The position numbers and the translations under genes are program-made. Below are positions 40,696-49,944 of a DNA stretch of 64,000 bases, piece after piece. Under the pieces are notes generated by a model. It searched no databases, was not told where the DNA came from, and saw nothing but the letters and a program-made list of their open reading frames with translations. The stretch comes from an uncultured Desulfobacter sp. (GTDB lineage: Bacteria > Desulfobacterota > Desulfobacteria > Desulfobacterales > Desulfobacteraceae): contig OY762069.1 of NCBI GenBank assembly GCA_963665095.1, positions 6,720,001-6,784,000 of the forward strand, read 5' to 3'. Within the stretch, counting starts at the first letter, position 1, and every line of letters starts with the position of its first letter.

Positions 40696-41304
40696 CTACA
40701 GGAAGACCGGATTGACATAAGTCACCTTTTTCCTGTCTGCAAAAAGATGCCAGCTCAGCATGTCTGCCGGACAGGGTTCCTGAATCAGGATGCAGGAGAG
40801 GTGCAGGTGGGACAATAATTTTGATTTAATTGTCCGGGTGTCAAAAATGCCGGCAATGATCTGGTTTTTATTTATCTGATCCCCCGGGGACAGCTCTGGC
40901 ACCGGGGCCGTGTGGGAGTATACCAGAACCGGGCCGGTGATGGGCTTTGAAGGATCTGGACGGGACGGCTGTAACTCTGAACCGGCCCCTTTGCTACATA
41001 ATTCAGGATGATATGAAACCACAATACTTTGTCCAAGCAGGTCTTTGGATATATTGAGAACAGTACCCCCGGCCACAGCCGGTACCTGCGTTCCCGGGGG
41101 CAGGGGCTTTATTTGCCCTGCCTGACTGTAAAAGCAGATATCTATGCCTTCGTGACAGGCATGGCGGATTTTCCAGTCCGCCCACCATTTATCCCAGCTG
41201 TCCTGGAGCATACCTGGATAAAAATACCAGGTTAAGGGGTTGTTCTTGTCGTCAATACGGTTTGCCCGGGCAAGGTCGCCCAGGTAGTCTGTAAACACAC
41301 TCAT
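40696..41304 (-). CDS. M23 peptidase-like protein
   Basis: HEGID (HxxxD), V.AVAGG.V, YSH and HLH motifs; no signal peptide seen. Confidence 0.6.
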   Translation of the reverse strand: MSVFTDYLGDLARANRIDDKNNPLTWYFYPGMLQDSWDKWWADWKIRHACHEGIDICFYSQAGQIKPLPPGTQVPAVAGGTVLNISKDLLGQSIVVSYHPELCSKGAGSELQPSRPDPSKPITGPVLVYSHTAPVPELSPGDQINKNQIIAGIFDTRTIKSKLLSHLHLSCILIQEPCPADMLSWHLFADRKKVTYVNPVFL

Positions 41305-41495
41305 TACACAGCTTTTAGAATGATCTTATGCCCCATCAGATTGATGTCTTCAATAATGGCTGCCACTTCTTTTTGCTCACCCAAAAGGCCTTTGAGCAGA
41401 AATGTGCCGTTGTCTGACGGCGTGATGGCCGCAACGTTTTCCATGATCAGCTCTTCCTGATCTCCGGTTTTGAGATATACATTGGATTCACACAT
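41304..41495 (-). CDS. CooT-family nickel-binding protein
   Basis: MCESNVY...EELIMENV...L.GLLGEQ......I..INL..HKI; true start is ATG 41495, inside the longer ORF-track frame. Confidence 0.85.
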   Translation of the reverse strand: MCESNVYLKTGDQEELIMENVAAITPSDNGTFLLKGLLGEQKEVAAIIEDINLMGHKIILKAV

Positions 41496-41538
41496 ATTTA
41501 ATTTTGTCCTTTCATGGTTGTAATACTTCGGTCTCTCA

Positions 41539-42201
41539 TTAACATTGCAGCGCGTCGGGTTGCAAGAGGTTAACCTTGGGCGGACTGTTTTTTTCAAGGT
41601 CAATGACCGCCCCGAGCCCCGGTCCGGCAATGGCGCAGTTGACCACAGTGGTGTTGCCAATGGTGTTTTCACCGGGATCTTCGTGGATATGGCCGCAGAG
41701 CAGCAGACTGGGGGCTGCCATCTTGATAAACCGGGCCAGGTTCAGGCTGCCGGAATGAAATTTTCCTGCCACCATATCACATGTCCCTTTGGGTGGGGGG
41801 TGGACCACCATTATGGTGTCCGGGGGCATGGGGCAGGGCAGGGCTTTCAGGGCTTTCTTTTCATTAAGACAAATCCGGTTTGCAAAGGGCAGCACCAGTG
41901 TGCCCGAGAGCCCCACAAAAGAAAAACCTTTGATCTGCACCGGGTTTTCATTTAACAGGGTGATATTGGCTGCTTTTTTTATCCGGGACTCAATCTGCCT
42001 GAAATCTGTATTCCCCCGGATGGCCAGCACGGGAACCGGCAGGCTGTCCAGCTGGGAAAGTCCGGTCTGCCAGTTGAAAAAATGAGTCAGGTCCCCTGGT
42101 GCCACAATCAGGTCCGGGCGGAACTGATCAATAACCTGGTAAATTACCGCGATGTTCTGCTGTTTTCCGTGAATGTCAGCCGCTGCATATATGCGCATCA
42201 T
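41539..42201 (-). CDS. Metallophosphoesterase (calcineurin-like)
   Basis: ADIHG, GDL, GN.D, HPPP, CGHIHE. Confidence 0.9.
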   Translation of the reverse strand: MMRIYAAADIHGKQQNIAVIYQVIDQFRPDLIVAPGDLTHFFNWQTGLSQLDSLPVPVLAIRGNTDFRQIESRIKKAANITLLNENPVQIKGFSFVGLSGTLVLPFANRICLNEKKALKALPCPMPPDTIMVVHPPPKGTCDMVAGKFHSGSLNLARFIKMAAPSLLLCGHIHEDPGENTIGNTTVVNCAIAGPGLGAVIDLEKNSPPKVNLLQPDALQC

Positions 42202-42227
42202 CTCTCCTTAATTTATATGGCATCGCT

Positions 42228-43478
42228 TCAGGCGTTATATGCGATTTTTCCGCCAATCACAACCTTGTTCACGGGGGTGATGCCCACCTGGTAGCTCAAG
42301 TCTGCCGGGGAAGTGATATCCCAGACGACGAAATCTGCATCCTTTCCCCGTTCCAGACTTCCTTTACGGTGATCCATTCCCAGTGCCTTCGCCCCGTTGA
42401 TGGTGGCTCCGGCAAGGGCCTGTTCACAGGTAAGCCCGAACAGAACGCAGCCCATGTTCATCACGGCAGCCATGTCATGTACCGGACTTGTTCCGGGATT
42501 CAGATCTGTGGCCAGGGCCATGGGCACCCTCAGCTGTTTCAAGGTGTCAACCGGTGGTTTTCTGGTCTCCTGCAGCATATAGAAAGCACCGGGCAGCAGT
42601 ACTGCCGTCACCCCGGCATGGGCCATGGCTATAGCCCCGTCTTCAGAGAGACATTCCAGGTGGTCGCAGGAAAGGGCCTTGAACCGGGCGGCAAGCGCGG
42701 CTCCGCCGGAATCAGACAACTGTTCGGCATGCAGCTTTACCGGCAGCCCCAGATCTGCTGCGGCCTGGAACAGTTTTTCCGTCTGTGTTGTGGAGAAGGC
42801 TATGGTTTCGCAGAAGACGTCCACGGCCCGGGCGATATCCTGGTCCTTAACCGCCGGCAGCATGGTGTTGATGACAAGATCCACATAATCGTCAGCCCGG
42901 CCCCTGAACTCCCTTGGCAGGGCATGGGCGCCAAGAAAGGTGGCTTCCACGTGCAAAGGAAAGGCCTGGTCAAGGCGCCGGGCCACGGCCAGCATTTTCA
43001 GCTCGTTTTCAAGGTCCAGCCCGTATCCGGATTTGATCTCCACACAGGTGGTGCCCCTGCTGATAAAGTGTCGAATGCGCCGGGCTGCAATGTCAAACAG
43101 TTTATCTTCTGAAGCCTTGCGTACCGCCTCAACCGTGGCGGTTATGCCGCCGCCCTGTTCTGCAATTTGTTCATAGGAGGCGCCGGACAGCCGCATTTCA
43201 AATTCATTGGCCCTTGAACCGGCCCAGATCAGATGGGTGTGACAATCCACAAAGCCTGGCAGGATCCAGCGGCCCGTGCAGTCAATAACATTTTGCGCAA
43301 GACTTTCCAGTGACCTGTCAAGGCTATCTGCCGGTCCGATCCACTGGATTTTGCCATGGCTTACCCCGATGGCGCCGTTTTTAATGATGCTGTAACAGCC
43401 CTTTGCCATGGTGGCAATATCCGCATGAATGAACAGCGATTGAAATTCTTTTCGGGGGGGGGTTTTTGTATGGGGCAT
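42228..43478 (-). CDS. hutI: Imidazolonepropionase
   Basis: PGFVDCHTH, EIKSGYGL, TFLGAH, DVFCE, KLHAEQLS, ATDLNPG. Confidence 0.95.
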   Translation of the reverse strand: MPHTKTPPRKEFQSLFIHADIATMAKGCYSIIKNGAIGVSHGKIQWIGPADSLDRSLESLAQNVIDCTGRWILPGFVDCHTHLIWAGSRANEFEMRLSGASYEQIAEQGGGITATVEAVRKASEDKLFDIAARRIRHFISRGTTCVEIKSGYGLDLENELKMLAVARRLDQAFPLHVEATFLGAHALPREFRGRADDYVDLVINTMLPAVKDQDIARAVDVFCETIAFSTTQTEKLFQAAADLGLPVKLHAEQLSDSGGAALAARFKALSCDHLECLSEDGAIAMAHAGVTAVLLPGAFYMLQETRKPPVDTLKQLRVPMALATDLNPGTSPVHDMAAVMNMGCVLFGLTCEQALAGATINGAKALGMDHRKGSLERGKDADFVVWDITSPADLSYQVGITPVNKVVIGGKIAYNA

Positions 43479-43525
43479 GGGTGTGTCTCTTTTGTTGATA
43501 TTGACATTTGATATTCAATTCTATA

Positions 43526-43541
43526 ACTTGTCTATACAAGT
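43526..43541. promoter_or_regulatory. HutC operator
   Basis: ACTTGTCTATACAAGT (reverse ACTTGTATAGACAAGT) between the divergent hutI and hutC genes; matches the CTTGTATAGACAAG-type HutC site of enteric hut operons. Confidence 0.85.
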
Positions 43542-43579
43542 ATATTCATGGCGTCAAGCAAAACTTAGGATAACAGTGA

Positions 43580-44299
43580 ATGGATAAAACAGATCAGCCC
43601 TTTGCCCTGTATCAGCAGATTAAACAGCACATTGTTCAGGATATTGATTGCGGACGGCTAAAGCCCGACGACCGGGTGCCATCGGAGACCCAGCTTGCAA
43701 AGACGTTCAATGCCTCCAGAATGACGGCCAACAGGGCATTAAAGGAGTTGTCGGAAGAAAACCGGATCATCAGGGTCCAGGGAGTTGGCACCTTTGTGGC
43801 CCGGCCCAGGCCTGAAGCGGCTTTGCTGGAAATTAAATCAATCTCTCAGGAGATTGAGGCGTGGGGCGGGATCCACAGTGCAGACGTGCTGTTACTTGAG
43901 CAGGGGGTGCCGCCGGCGGATATTGGTATGCGGTTGGAGATCGGATCGTCGGAAATTGCATTTCATGTGGTGGTGCTGCACAAAGATAACGGTATTCCTG
44001 TGCAGTATTCGGAGCGCTGGGTCAATCCGGCAGTGGCCCCGCTGTTTCTGGAACAGGATTTTACCCGGATCACCCCCAGTGACTATCTTCTTGAGGTTGC
44101 CCCGGTTCAGGAGGCAGAGCATGTAATTGAGGCGGTGGTGCCTGACCAGAGCATCCGGTACTTGCTCGCTGTTCCCGAGCACACGCCCTGTTTAAGCCTT
44201 TCCCGCCGCACCTGGGCACTGGATCTGGTCGCAACCTGTTCAACCCTGATATCTCCGGGTAACAGGTATCGCCTTAAAGGGCGGTTTAAACGGCAATAA
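43580..44299 (+). CDS. hutC: Histidine utilization repressor (GntR/UTRA)
   Basis: LYQQIK, PSE..L...F.ASRMT.NRAL.EL, QGVGTFV, RRTW; hut context. Confidence 0.93.
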   Translation: MDKTDQPFALYQQIKQHIVQDIDCGRLKPDDRVPSETQLAKTFNASRMTANRALKELSEENRIIRVQGVGTFVARPRPEAALLEIKSISQEIEAWGGIHSADVLLLEQGVPPADIGMRLEIGSSEIAFHVVVLHKDNGIPVQYSERWVNPAVAPLFLEQDFTRITPSDYLLEVAPVQEAEHVIEAVVPDQSIRYLLAVPEHTPCLSLSRRTWALDLVATCSTLISPGNRYRLKGRFKRQ

Positions 44300-44391
44300 T
44301 GAGTGCCTGCATACATTGCAGTAAAACAGATTGTTTTTATCATGGTTGAAAATTGATGGAAACATAGGTGAATTATTAAAAAGGAAAGATC

Positions 44392-45924
44392 ATGAATGAT
44401 CCTGTTCTATTGAATGGAGAGAACCTCAGGCTTGGGCAGCTGGTTGATATTGCCCGGAAAGGTCGCAAAACGGGCATTTCAAACAGTTCTGAAGCAAGGA
44501 TTAAAAAGGCCCGTGCTCTGGTGGAAGGCTGGGTAGAACAAGGGACCCGCATCTATGGCGTCACAACGGGTTTTGGCGCGCTTTCCGATGTTACCATCTC
44601 ATTTGAAGATACCAGGAAGCTCCAGCGCAATATCCTGTTATCCCATGCCGCAGGGGTGGGCAGGCACATGGCAGATGACGTGGTTCGGGCCATGATGGCT
44701 TTGCGCATCAATGATTTCTGCCGGGGCAATTCAGGCCTTTGTCTTGAAACCATCCAGACGCTTGCCGATGTGCTCAACGCAGGCATCATTCCCGTGGTAC
44801 CGGAAAAAGGATCAGTGGGAGCCAGCGGGGATCTGGTTCCCATGGCGCATCTTGCCCTGGTGCTGATCGGTGAAGGGGAAGCGTTTGTGGACGGGGTACG
44901 CATGCCAGGAGCACAGGCACTGGCAGCAAAAAATTTAGCCCCCGTGGAGTTAGGCGCCGGTGAAGGGCTGGCGTTAATTAACGGAACCCAGTTCATGATT
45001 GCCTTGGGATGTCTGGCGCTGTATGATGCGTTAAATTTGTGCAAGCATGCCGATATCGCCGCTTCCATGAGCCTTGAAACTCTGATGGGTACCCGCTCCG
45101 CCTTTGATCCAAGGATTCATCTGGCCCGTCCTCATACCGGACAGATGAAGGCGGCGGACAACATGATGAAAATCACCCAGGATTCGGAAATTATTTCCTC
45201 CCACAAGGACTGTTCAAGGGTACAGGATGCGTATACCCTGCGCTGCTCTCCCCAGGTGCATGGCGCTTCCTGGGATGCGTTTGGCTATGTGGACCGGGTA
45301 ATCCGTGTCGAGATGAATTCATCTACGGAGAACCCCTTGATTTTCCCGGAGTCAGGAGAGTTTTTATCCGGCGGTAATTTTCACGGCCAGCCGCTTGCGC
45401 TGGCCTGCGATTTTTTAGGCATTGCCATTGCCGAACTTGCCAATATTTCGGAGCGCCGCATTGAGCGTCTTGTCAATCCACAGCTGTCAGGGTTACCTGC
45501 ATTCCTGGTCAAAGACGGCGGACTGAATTCAGGGTTCATGATTGCCCAGTATGTCGCTGCCTCTCTTGTCTCTGAAAACAAGGTGATTGCCCATCCGGCA
45601 TCTGTGGACTCCATACCTACATCCGCCAACAAGGAGGACCATGTCTCCATGGGCGCCACAGCTGCACGGAAATGCAGGGATATTGTGGAAAATGTTGAAC
45701 AGGTGATTGCTATTGAATTACTGTGCGGGGCTCAGGCCATTGATCTGTTTACCAACCTGAAGGCTGGTAAAGGCACCATGGCAGCCTATGAGACCATCCG
45801 CACAAAGGTGGACTGCATGACAGCGGACCGGCTGCTGGCCACGGATATCGCTGCTGTCAGGTCACTTCTGCAAAGCGGACAGATTGTGCGTGCCGTGGAA
45901 GAGGCTGTGGGTAAATTGTACTGA
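44392..45924 (+). CDS. hutH: Histidine ammonia-lyase
   Basis: YGVTTGFG, SVGASGDL (MIO), EGLALINGTQ, VQDAYTLRC.PQVHGA, GGNFHG, EDHVSMG. Confidence 0.95.
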   Translation: MNDPVLLNGENLRLGQLVDIARKGRKTGISNSSEARIKKARALVEGWVEQGTRIYGVTTGFGALSDVTISFEDTRKLQRNILLSHAAGVGRHMADDVVRAMMALRINDFCRGNSGLCLETIQTLADVLNAGIIPVVPEKGSVGASGDLVPMAHLALVLIGEGEAFVDGVRMPGAQALAAKNLAPVELGAGEGLALINGTQFMIALGCLALYDALNLCKHADIAASMSLETLMGTRSAFDPRIHLARPHTGQMKAADNMMKITQDSEIISSHKDCSRVQDAYTLRCSPQVHGASWDAFGYVDRVIRVEMNSSTENPLIFPESGEFLSGGNFHGQPLALACDFLGIAIAELANISERRIERLVNPQLSGLPAFLVKDGGLNSGFMIAQYVAASLVSENKVIAHPASVDSIPTSANKEDHVSMGATAARKCRDIVENVEQVIAIELLCGAQAIDLFTNLKAGKGTMAAYETIRTKVDCMTADRLLATDIAAVRSLLQSGQIVRAVEEAVGKLY

Positions 45925-45931
45925 TGTCAGT

Positions 45932-46213
45932 TTACTTAAGGCATGGCCCCGACGTGTAGCTTACAACTTCTTTATGGCTGCAGGCCGTGCACGCATTGCT
46001 GAATGTTTTACAGGTGCCGTCGGCAAAATAGCCGCATACCGGCCGGTATTCCTTGGTACACATGGTACGCCTGGGTTCCTTGCATACCATTTCTCTGGGA
46101 GCCGGGGAGACGTTTTTTTCCGGGGATGCGTTCACGCAGCCGGAAATAACGATTAAAAGTACAAAAATTCCCAGGCCCTGGATCGGCAGCCTCTTTTTAA
46201 TCCTTTTTATCAT
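45932..46213 (-). CDS. Small lipoprotein with Kazal-like domain
   Basis: Lipobox ISGC; C...CTKEYRPVCG...TFSNACTAC...GPC. Confidence 0.75.
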   Translation of the reverse strand: MIKRIKKRLPIQGLGIFVLLIVISGCVNASPEKNVSPAPREMVCKEPRRTMCTKEYRPVCGYFADGTCKTFSNACTACSHKEVVSYTSGPCLK

Positions 46214-46224
46214 ACCTGTGCTCC

Positions 46225-46956
46225 TTACTGCTGCAGACGCACCAGTTCAAGTGCGCCCCACAAACCAATCTGTTTACCTGCGATGATCACTACTCCCTGT
46301 ATACCAGTCATATCCTGTCCGGCAGCCATGGCTTTTTTAATGTCTCTGGGCGACTGAATCATATTGCACAGGGCTGTCGCTGCCGCATCAGCCAGGGCGC
46401 AATCCTCCGCAAGCACAGATACGGCATCGGCCCTGCCAAAACTTTTAGAGTGGCCAATGGTGCCTGAAGATGTGCACATGGCAAATGGGGTGTTTCGCTT
46501 TGCTACCTTGATCCCGGTTTTCATGCTGAATGGTGATGAACCGGCAAAGATGGTAAATATGGTTTCGGTATCCGACCTGATAAATACATCACCGCCGTTT
46601 TCCACCAGTACATTGGGGCTTGATTTTAAAAGATCAGTTCCTACATGCCGGGCTATGGCACCGGCCACAGCCGCCATGGGACCCACTCCGGCGATGCGGG
46701 CAGCCGTTGTCATATTCCGGATGATTTCCGGGGCAATATCCGGATCCGGGAGCGGGGAAAGACTTTGGGCAAAACGGGGATGGGCGGTAATATGGTTTTC
46801 AAGATACTGTCGGTGTATCAGAATTGACCGGACAGCCTGATCCTTAAGGTTTGATTCTGCCTGGATGTTCAGATTGGTCTCCTTGACGGTGACATTAAAG
46901 CCGACCAGGCCTTTTTTGTGATGGCAGGCGCGGTAAATTTGTCTGTTGTCAAACAT
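46225..46956 (-). CDS. UPF0280 (ApbE-superfamily) protein
   Basis: VKETNL.I, GVGPMAAVAGAIA, VENGGD, CTSSGTIGHS.SFG.ADA, ADAAATA. Confidence 0.9.
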   Translation of the reverse strand: MFDNRQIYRACHHKKGLVGFNVTVKETNLNIQAESNLKDQAVRSILIHRQYLENHITAHPRFAQSLSPLPDPDIAPEIIRNMTTAARIAGVGPMAAVAGAIARHVGTDLLKSSPNVLVENGGDVFIRSDTETIFTIFAGSSPFSMKTGIKVAKRNTPFAMCTSSGTIGHSKSFGRADAVSVLAEDCALADAAATALCNMIQSPRDIKKAMAAGQDMTGIQGVVIIAGKQIGLWGALELVRLQQ

Positions 46957-46986
46957 AGGGTGACCTTATCTTCTACATCAGACCTG

Positions 46987-48153
46987 CTACTCCCAGTCTA
47001 CAGCACTGGGTCTGAGGTGTTCCGGGGCCTGGCGGATAAAATAGGAATCAGTCATGCCGGCAATGAAATCCCTGGTGATCTGGGCAGGTGTGTGGGTGTT
47101 TTTATAGGCGGCATCCATGCCATTGAGAAACTGAGTAAAAATAACTGACGCCCCGTCCTCTTTTTCCTGATCCGTCATGTATTGCTCAAACAGGCATTTA
47201 AAAATATCCTCAATGGTTGTCAGATGCTTTTTGATGACGGGATTTTTGTAGATGTATCGATAATTGAACTGCTTAAGGGTCTTCAGGGCGTTGGCCATTT
47301 CAGGGGAAAAACCAATGAACGCGTTATCTATACTGTTTTTTATCAGGTCTGTGACCAAATTGAACACAATAGTACCCTGGGTAGATCCTAAAAGGGTACG
47401 GCAGGATTGGGGGATCTGATCTCTTTGCACCAGTTTTAAACGGACCGCATCTTCAAGATCCCGGCCAATGTAGGATACGGTATCGGCAATGCGCACCACA
47501 CATCCCTCCATGGTCATGGGATGGACATCTGTCTGTTTCCCCTGCTGGATTTGCCGGATCATGTTATCCAGATGTTGGAATCCCTTCAAAGGTCCAGGAG
47601 CCAGGGACTGTTCATGGGCCTCCCCGTTATGGCACACAATAGCATCCAGTGTCTGAAGCGTCAGGTTCCAGCCCTTGCCGTGTCGTTCAACTAAATCCAG
47701 AAATTGTACACTTTGCAGGTTGTGATGAAACTGGCCTGCACCTGCCGCCTGGGTCAGTCGGGATAAAAAGGTCTCGCCATCGTGCCCGAATGGGGGGTGG
47801 CCAATGTCATGTCCCATGGCAGCCGCTTCAATGAGGTCGGTATTCAGGTCGAGGTAACGCCCGATGGTCCGGGCTACCCGGGAGACCATCTGGACATGAA
47901 GCACACGGTGGGTCAGGTGGTCATTGTTAATCAGGGAAAAAACTTGGGTTTTGTCACTGTAGCGGGTGTACGCCATGGAGTTGAGAATGCGGTCCGCATC
48001 CATGGAAAACGGCATGCGATATTCAGTGTCGGACTTTTTTTCCGGCAACCGCCTGACCGCATCTTTGGAAAAACAGGCCCGGGCGCCAAAGGTTTGCGTC
48101 TCCCTTTGTTCGAGTCGGGCTTTCAGCGCCCCGGCTGTTAATTCCTGAACCAA
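46987..48153 (-). CDS. HD-domain dNTP triphosphohydrolase (dGTPase-like)
   Basis: D.DRI, KTQVF, R..H, GHDIGHPPFGHDGE, ADTVSY..RD.ED, DFIAGMTD. Confidence 0.88.
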   Translation of the reverse strand: MVQELTAGALKARLEQRETQTFGARACFSKDAVRRLPEKKSDTEYRMPFSMDADRILNSMAYTRYSDKTQVFSLINNDHLTHRVLHVQMVSRVARTIGRYLDLNTDLIEAAAMGHDIGHPPFGHDGETFLSRLTQAAGAGQFHHNLQSVQFLDLVERHGKGWNLTLQTLDAIVCHNGEAHEQSLAPGPLKGFQHLDNMIRQIQQGKQTDVHPMTMEGCVVRIADTVSYIGRDLEDAVRLKLVQRDQIPQSCRTLLGSTQGTIVFNLVTDLIKNSIDNAFIGFSPEMANALKTLKQFNYRYIYKNPVIKKHLTTIEDIFKCLFEQYMTDQEKEDGASVIFTQFLNGMDAAYKNTHTPAQITRDFIAGMTDSYFIRQAPEHLRPSAVDWE

Positions 48154-48157
48154 TCAC

Positions 48158-49057
48158 TTATCCATTAATGTGTTTGAGGATGTTATCCACCACCTGCGAA
48201 AAAGCGTGATTAAAAGGACCATCAGCCTCTTCCATCATCAGTGGCACACCGTCATCACCAGATGCCACCACCCGGGTATCAAAGGGGATGGAACCAAGGA
48301 AATTCAACCCCTGGGCTTTGGCTGTCTTTTCGCCGCCCCCGCTTTTGAAAAGATCAATGTGCTGATTGCAGTGGGGACAGGTAAACCCGGCCATATTTTC
48401 CACCACACCCAGGGTTTTCATTTTAACCGTCTTGCAAAAAGAGATGGATTTACGGATGTCTGCCAGGGCCACTTCCTGGGGGGTTGTCACGATGACTCCC
48501 TGGGCTTCGGGAATGGTCTGTACGACAGTGAGGGGTTCGTCCCCTGTGCCCGGAGGTGCGTCAATGACCAGAAAGTCTAAGTCACCCCACTCCACAGAGC
48601 CCACAAACTGTTTGATCATACCTGTTTTGGCAGGTCCCCGCCAGATAATTGCCTGGTCTTTGTCCTGCATCAGGGCCTGCACAGTAACCACTTTAAGGTT
48701 TTCATTGATCTGTTTGGGCAGGAGCAGCTGGTTGACAGGAGAAATATCCAGAAGATCCTTCATGCCGAACATCTGGGCAATGGAGGGCCCGTGGACATCC
48801 ACATCCATCAGTCCTGTTCTATATCCTTTTTTTGCCAGGCTTGCGGCAAGATTGGCTGATACGGAGCTTTTACCCACGCCGCCTTTGCCGGACAGAACAA
48901 ATATTTTATTTTTGATTTTAGCCAGGTTGGCTTTTATCATTGCTTCCATTTCCTGCTGCTGTCTTGCCGCATTATTCTGAGTCTGCTGTGACGGACAGCT
49001 TTGCTGGGAAGAACAGGATGCTGCTTTTTTTGCCTGGTCAACGCTTTTGTGAATCAT
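48158..49057 (-). CDS. Mrp/NBP35 (ApbC) Fe-S cluster carrier ATPase
   Basis: SGKGGVGKS, DVDVHGPS, WRGP, DAPPGTGD, TTPQEVA, ENM...CPHC. Confidence 0.93.
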   Translation of the reverse strand: MIHKSVDQAKKAASCSSQQSCPSQQTQNNAARQQQEMEAMIKANLAKIKNKIFVLSGKGGVGKSSVSANLAASLAKKGYRTGLMDVDVHGPSIAQMFGMKDLLDISPVNQLLLPKQINENLKVVTVQALMQDKDQAIIWRGPAKTGMIKQFVGSVEWGDLDFLVIDAPPGTGDEPLTVVQTIPEAQGVIVTTPQEVALADIRKSISFCKTVKMKTLGVVENMAGFTCPHCNQHIDLFKSGGGEKTAKAQGLNFLGSIPFDTRVVASGDDGVPLMMEEADGPFNHAFSQVVDNILKHING

Positions 49058-49125
49058 GACTTATATTTATCTCCTTATATTGTGAGGTGCGGTATTAATA
49101 AAAACCACCTAAATTATGGTCATAA

Positions 49126-49944
49126 TCATGATCCTGTCAACCTGAATACTGATTCTTTTACAGGAATATTGGGCAAAAGATTTTTTAGACAGATTTCTAT
49201 GGTCCTGCCAGCCCTGTCCTTTATGGCTATGAGTCCGGGCAGGGTAAAACCGCTGCATTCAAAAAATTGGGAATACCATATGCCGAAAATCATATCCCGG
49301 TTTTTATCCAGCAGCCGGTAACAGATAATCCTGCCGTTACTGTCTGAGGAGACTTCCTGGATTTTTGAAGAGAACCGTTGTGATGCAAAATAGGTGTTGG
49401 GCTGATTCCCTTCTGTCTGGTCCTGTTCTGACCAGGCCCGGCTGAAAGGTCTGACAGGAACCCGACCAAGAAAAAGGCTGACCATGTCAGATAAGTGTAC
49501 CGGAATATCAATGTATGAATTCAGGTCAGGGTCGGCAGATACGGTGGAATGGGGTTTATGGCGGCCTGTGTGGGAAATGAATGTCACTTCCTGGCCGGTG
49601 GCTGCAACGGTTTCAACAGGATGACCCGACATAAGAAGTGTCATGCGCAGCTGGTTCGGTGCTTTGGCCGCCCAGGCTATTTTATAGTGCTCTGTTTTAT
49701 ATCCTCGGGTCAGGACCAGACGGCCACTTCCTTTGGATGAGAATATATCTGAATTGAAGGCTTTTGCCCGGGCCATGATGACGTCGGCAGGACTCTGTGA
49801 TTTTTGGGCTGACTCTGGGAAAATCCCGATGCAACCAGATGTGCAGATCAGGGGTAAAAGCAGGAGCGTGACGGTGAAGAAAGAATAAGTCCTTGCGAAA
49901 TCCTGGCGGTTTAAATACCGGAAATTCGGGATGGCGGGCGTCAT
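49126..49944 (-). CDS. Putative outer-membrane lipoprotein (LolB-like context)
   Basis: Hydrophobic leader ending TSGC, beta-rich body, directly follows the TPR gene. Confidence 0.55.
   Translation of the reverse strand: MTPAIPNFRYLNRQDFARTYSFFTVTLLLLPLICTSGCIGIFPESAQKSQSPADVIMARAKAFNSDIFSSKGSGRLVLTRGYKTEHYKIAWAAKAPNQLRMTLLMSGHPVETVAATGQEVTFISHTGRHKPHSTVSADPDLNSYIDIPVHLSDMVSLFLGRVPVRPFSRAWSEQDQTEGNQPNTYFASQRFSSKIQEVSSDSNGRIICYRLLDKNRDMIFGIWYSQFFECSGFTLPGLIAIKDRAGRTIEICLKNLLPNIPVKESVFRLTGS

Noticed and set aside
46987..48153. dGTPase as an anti-phage nucleotide-depletion system
   Set aside because: It lies in a housekeeping gene run with ordinary composition and no defence or mobile context.
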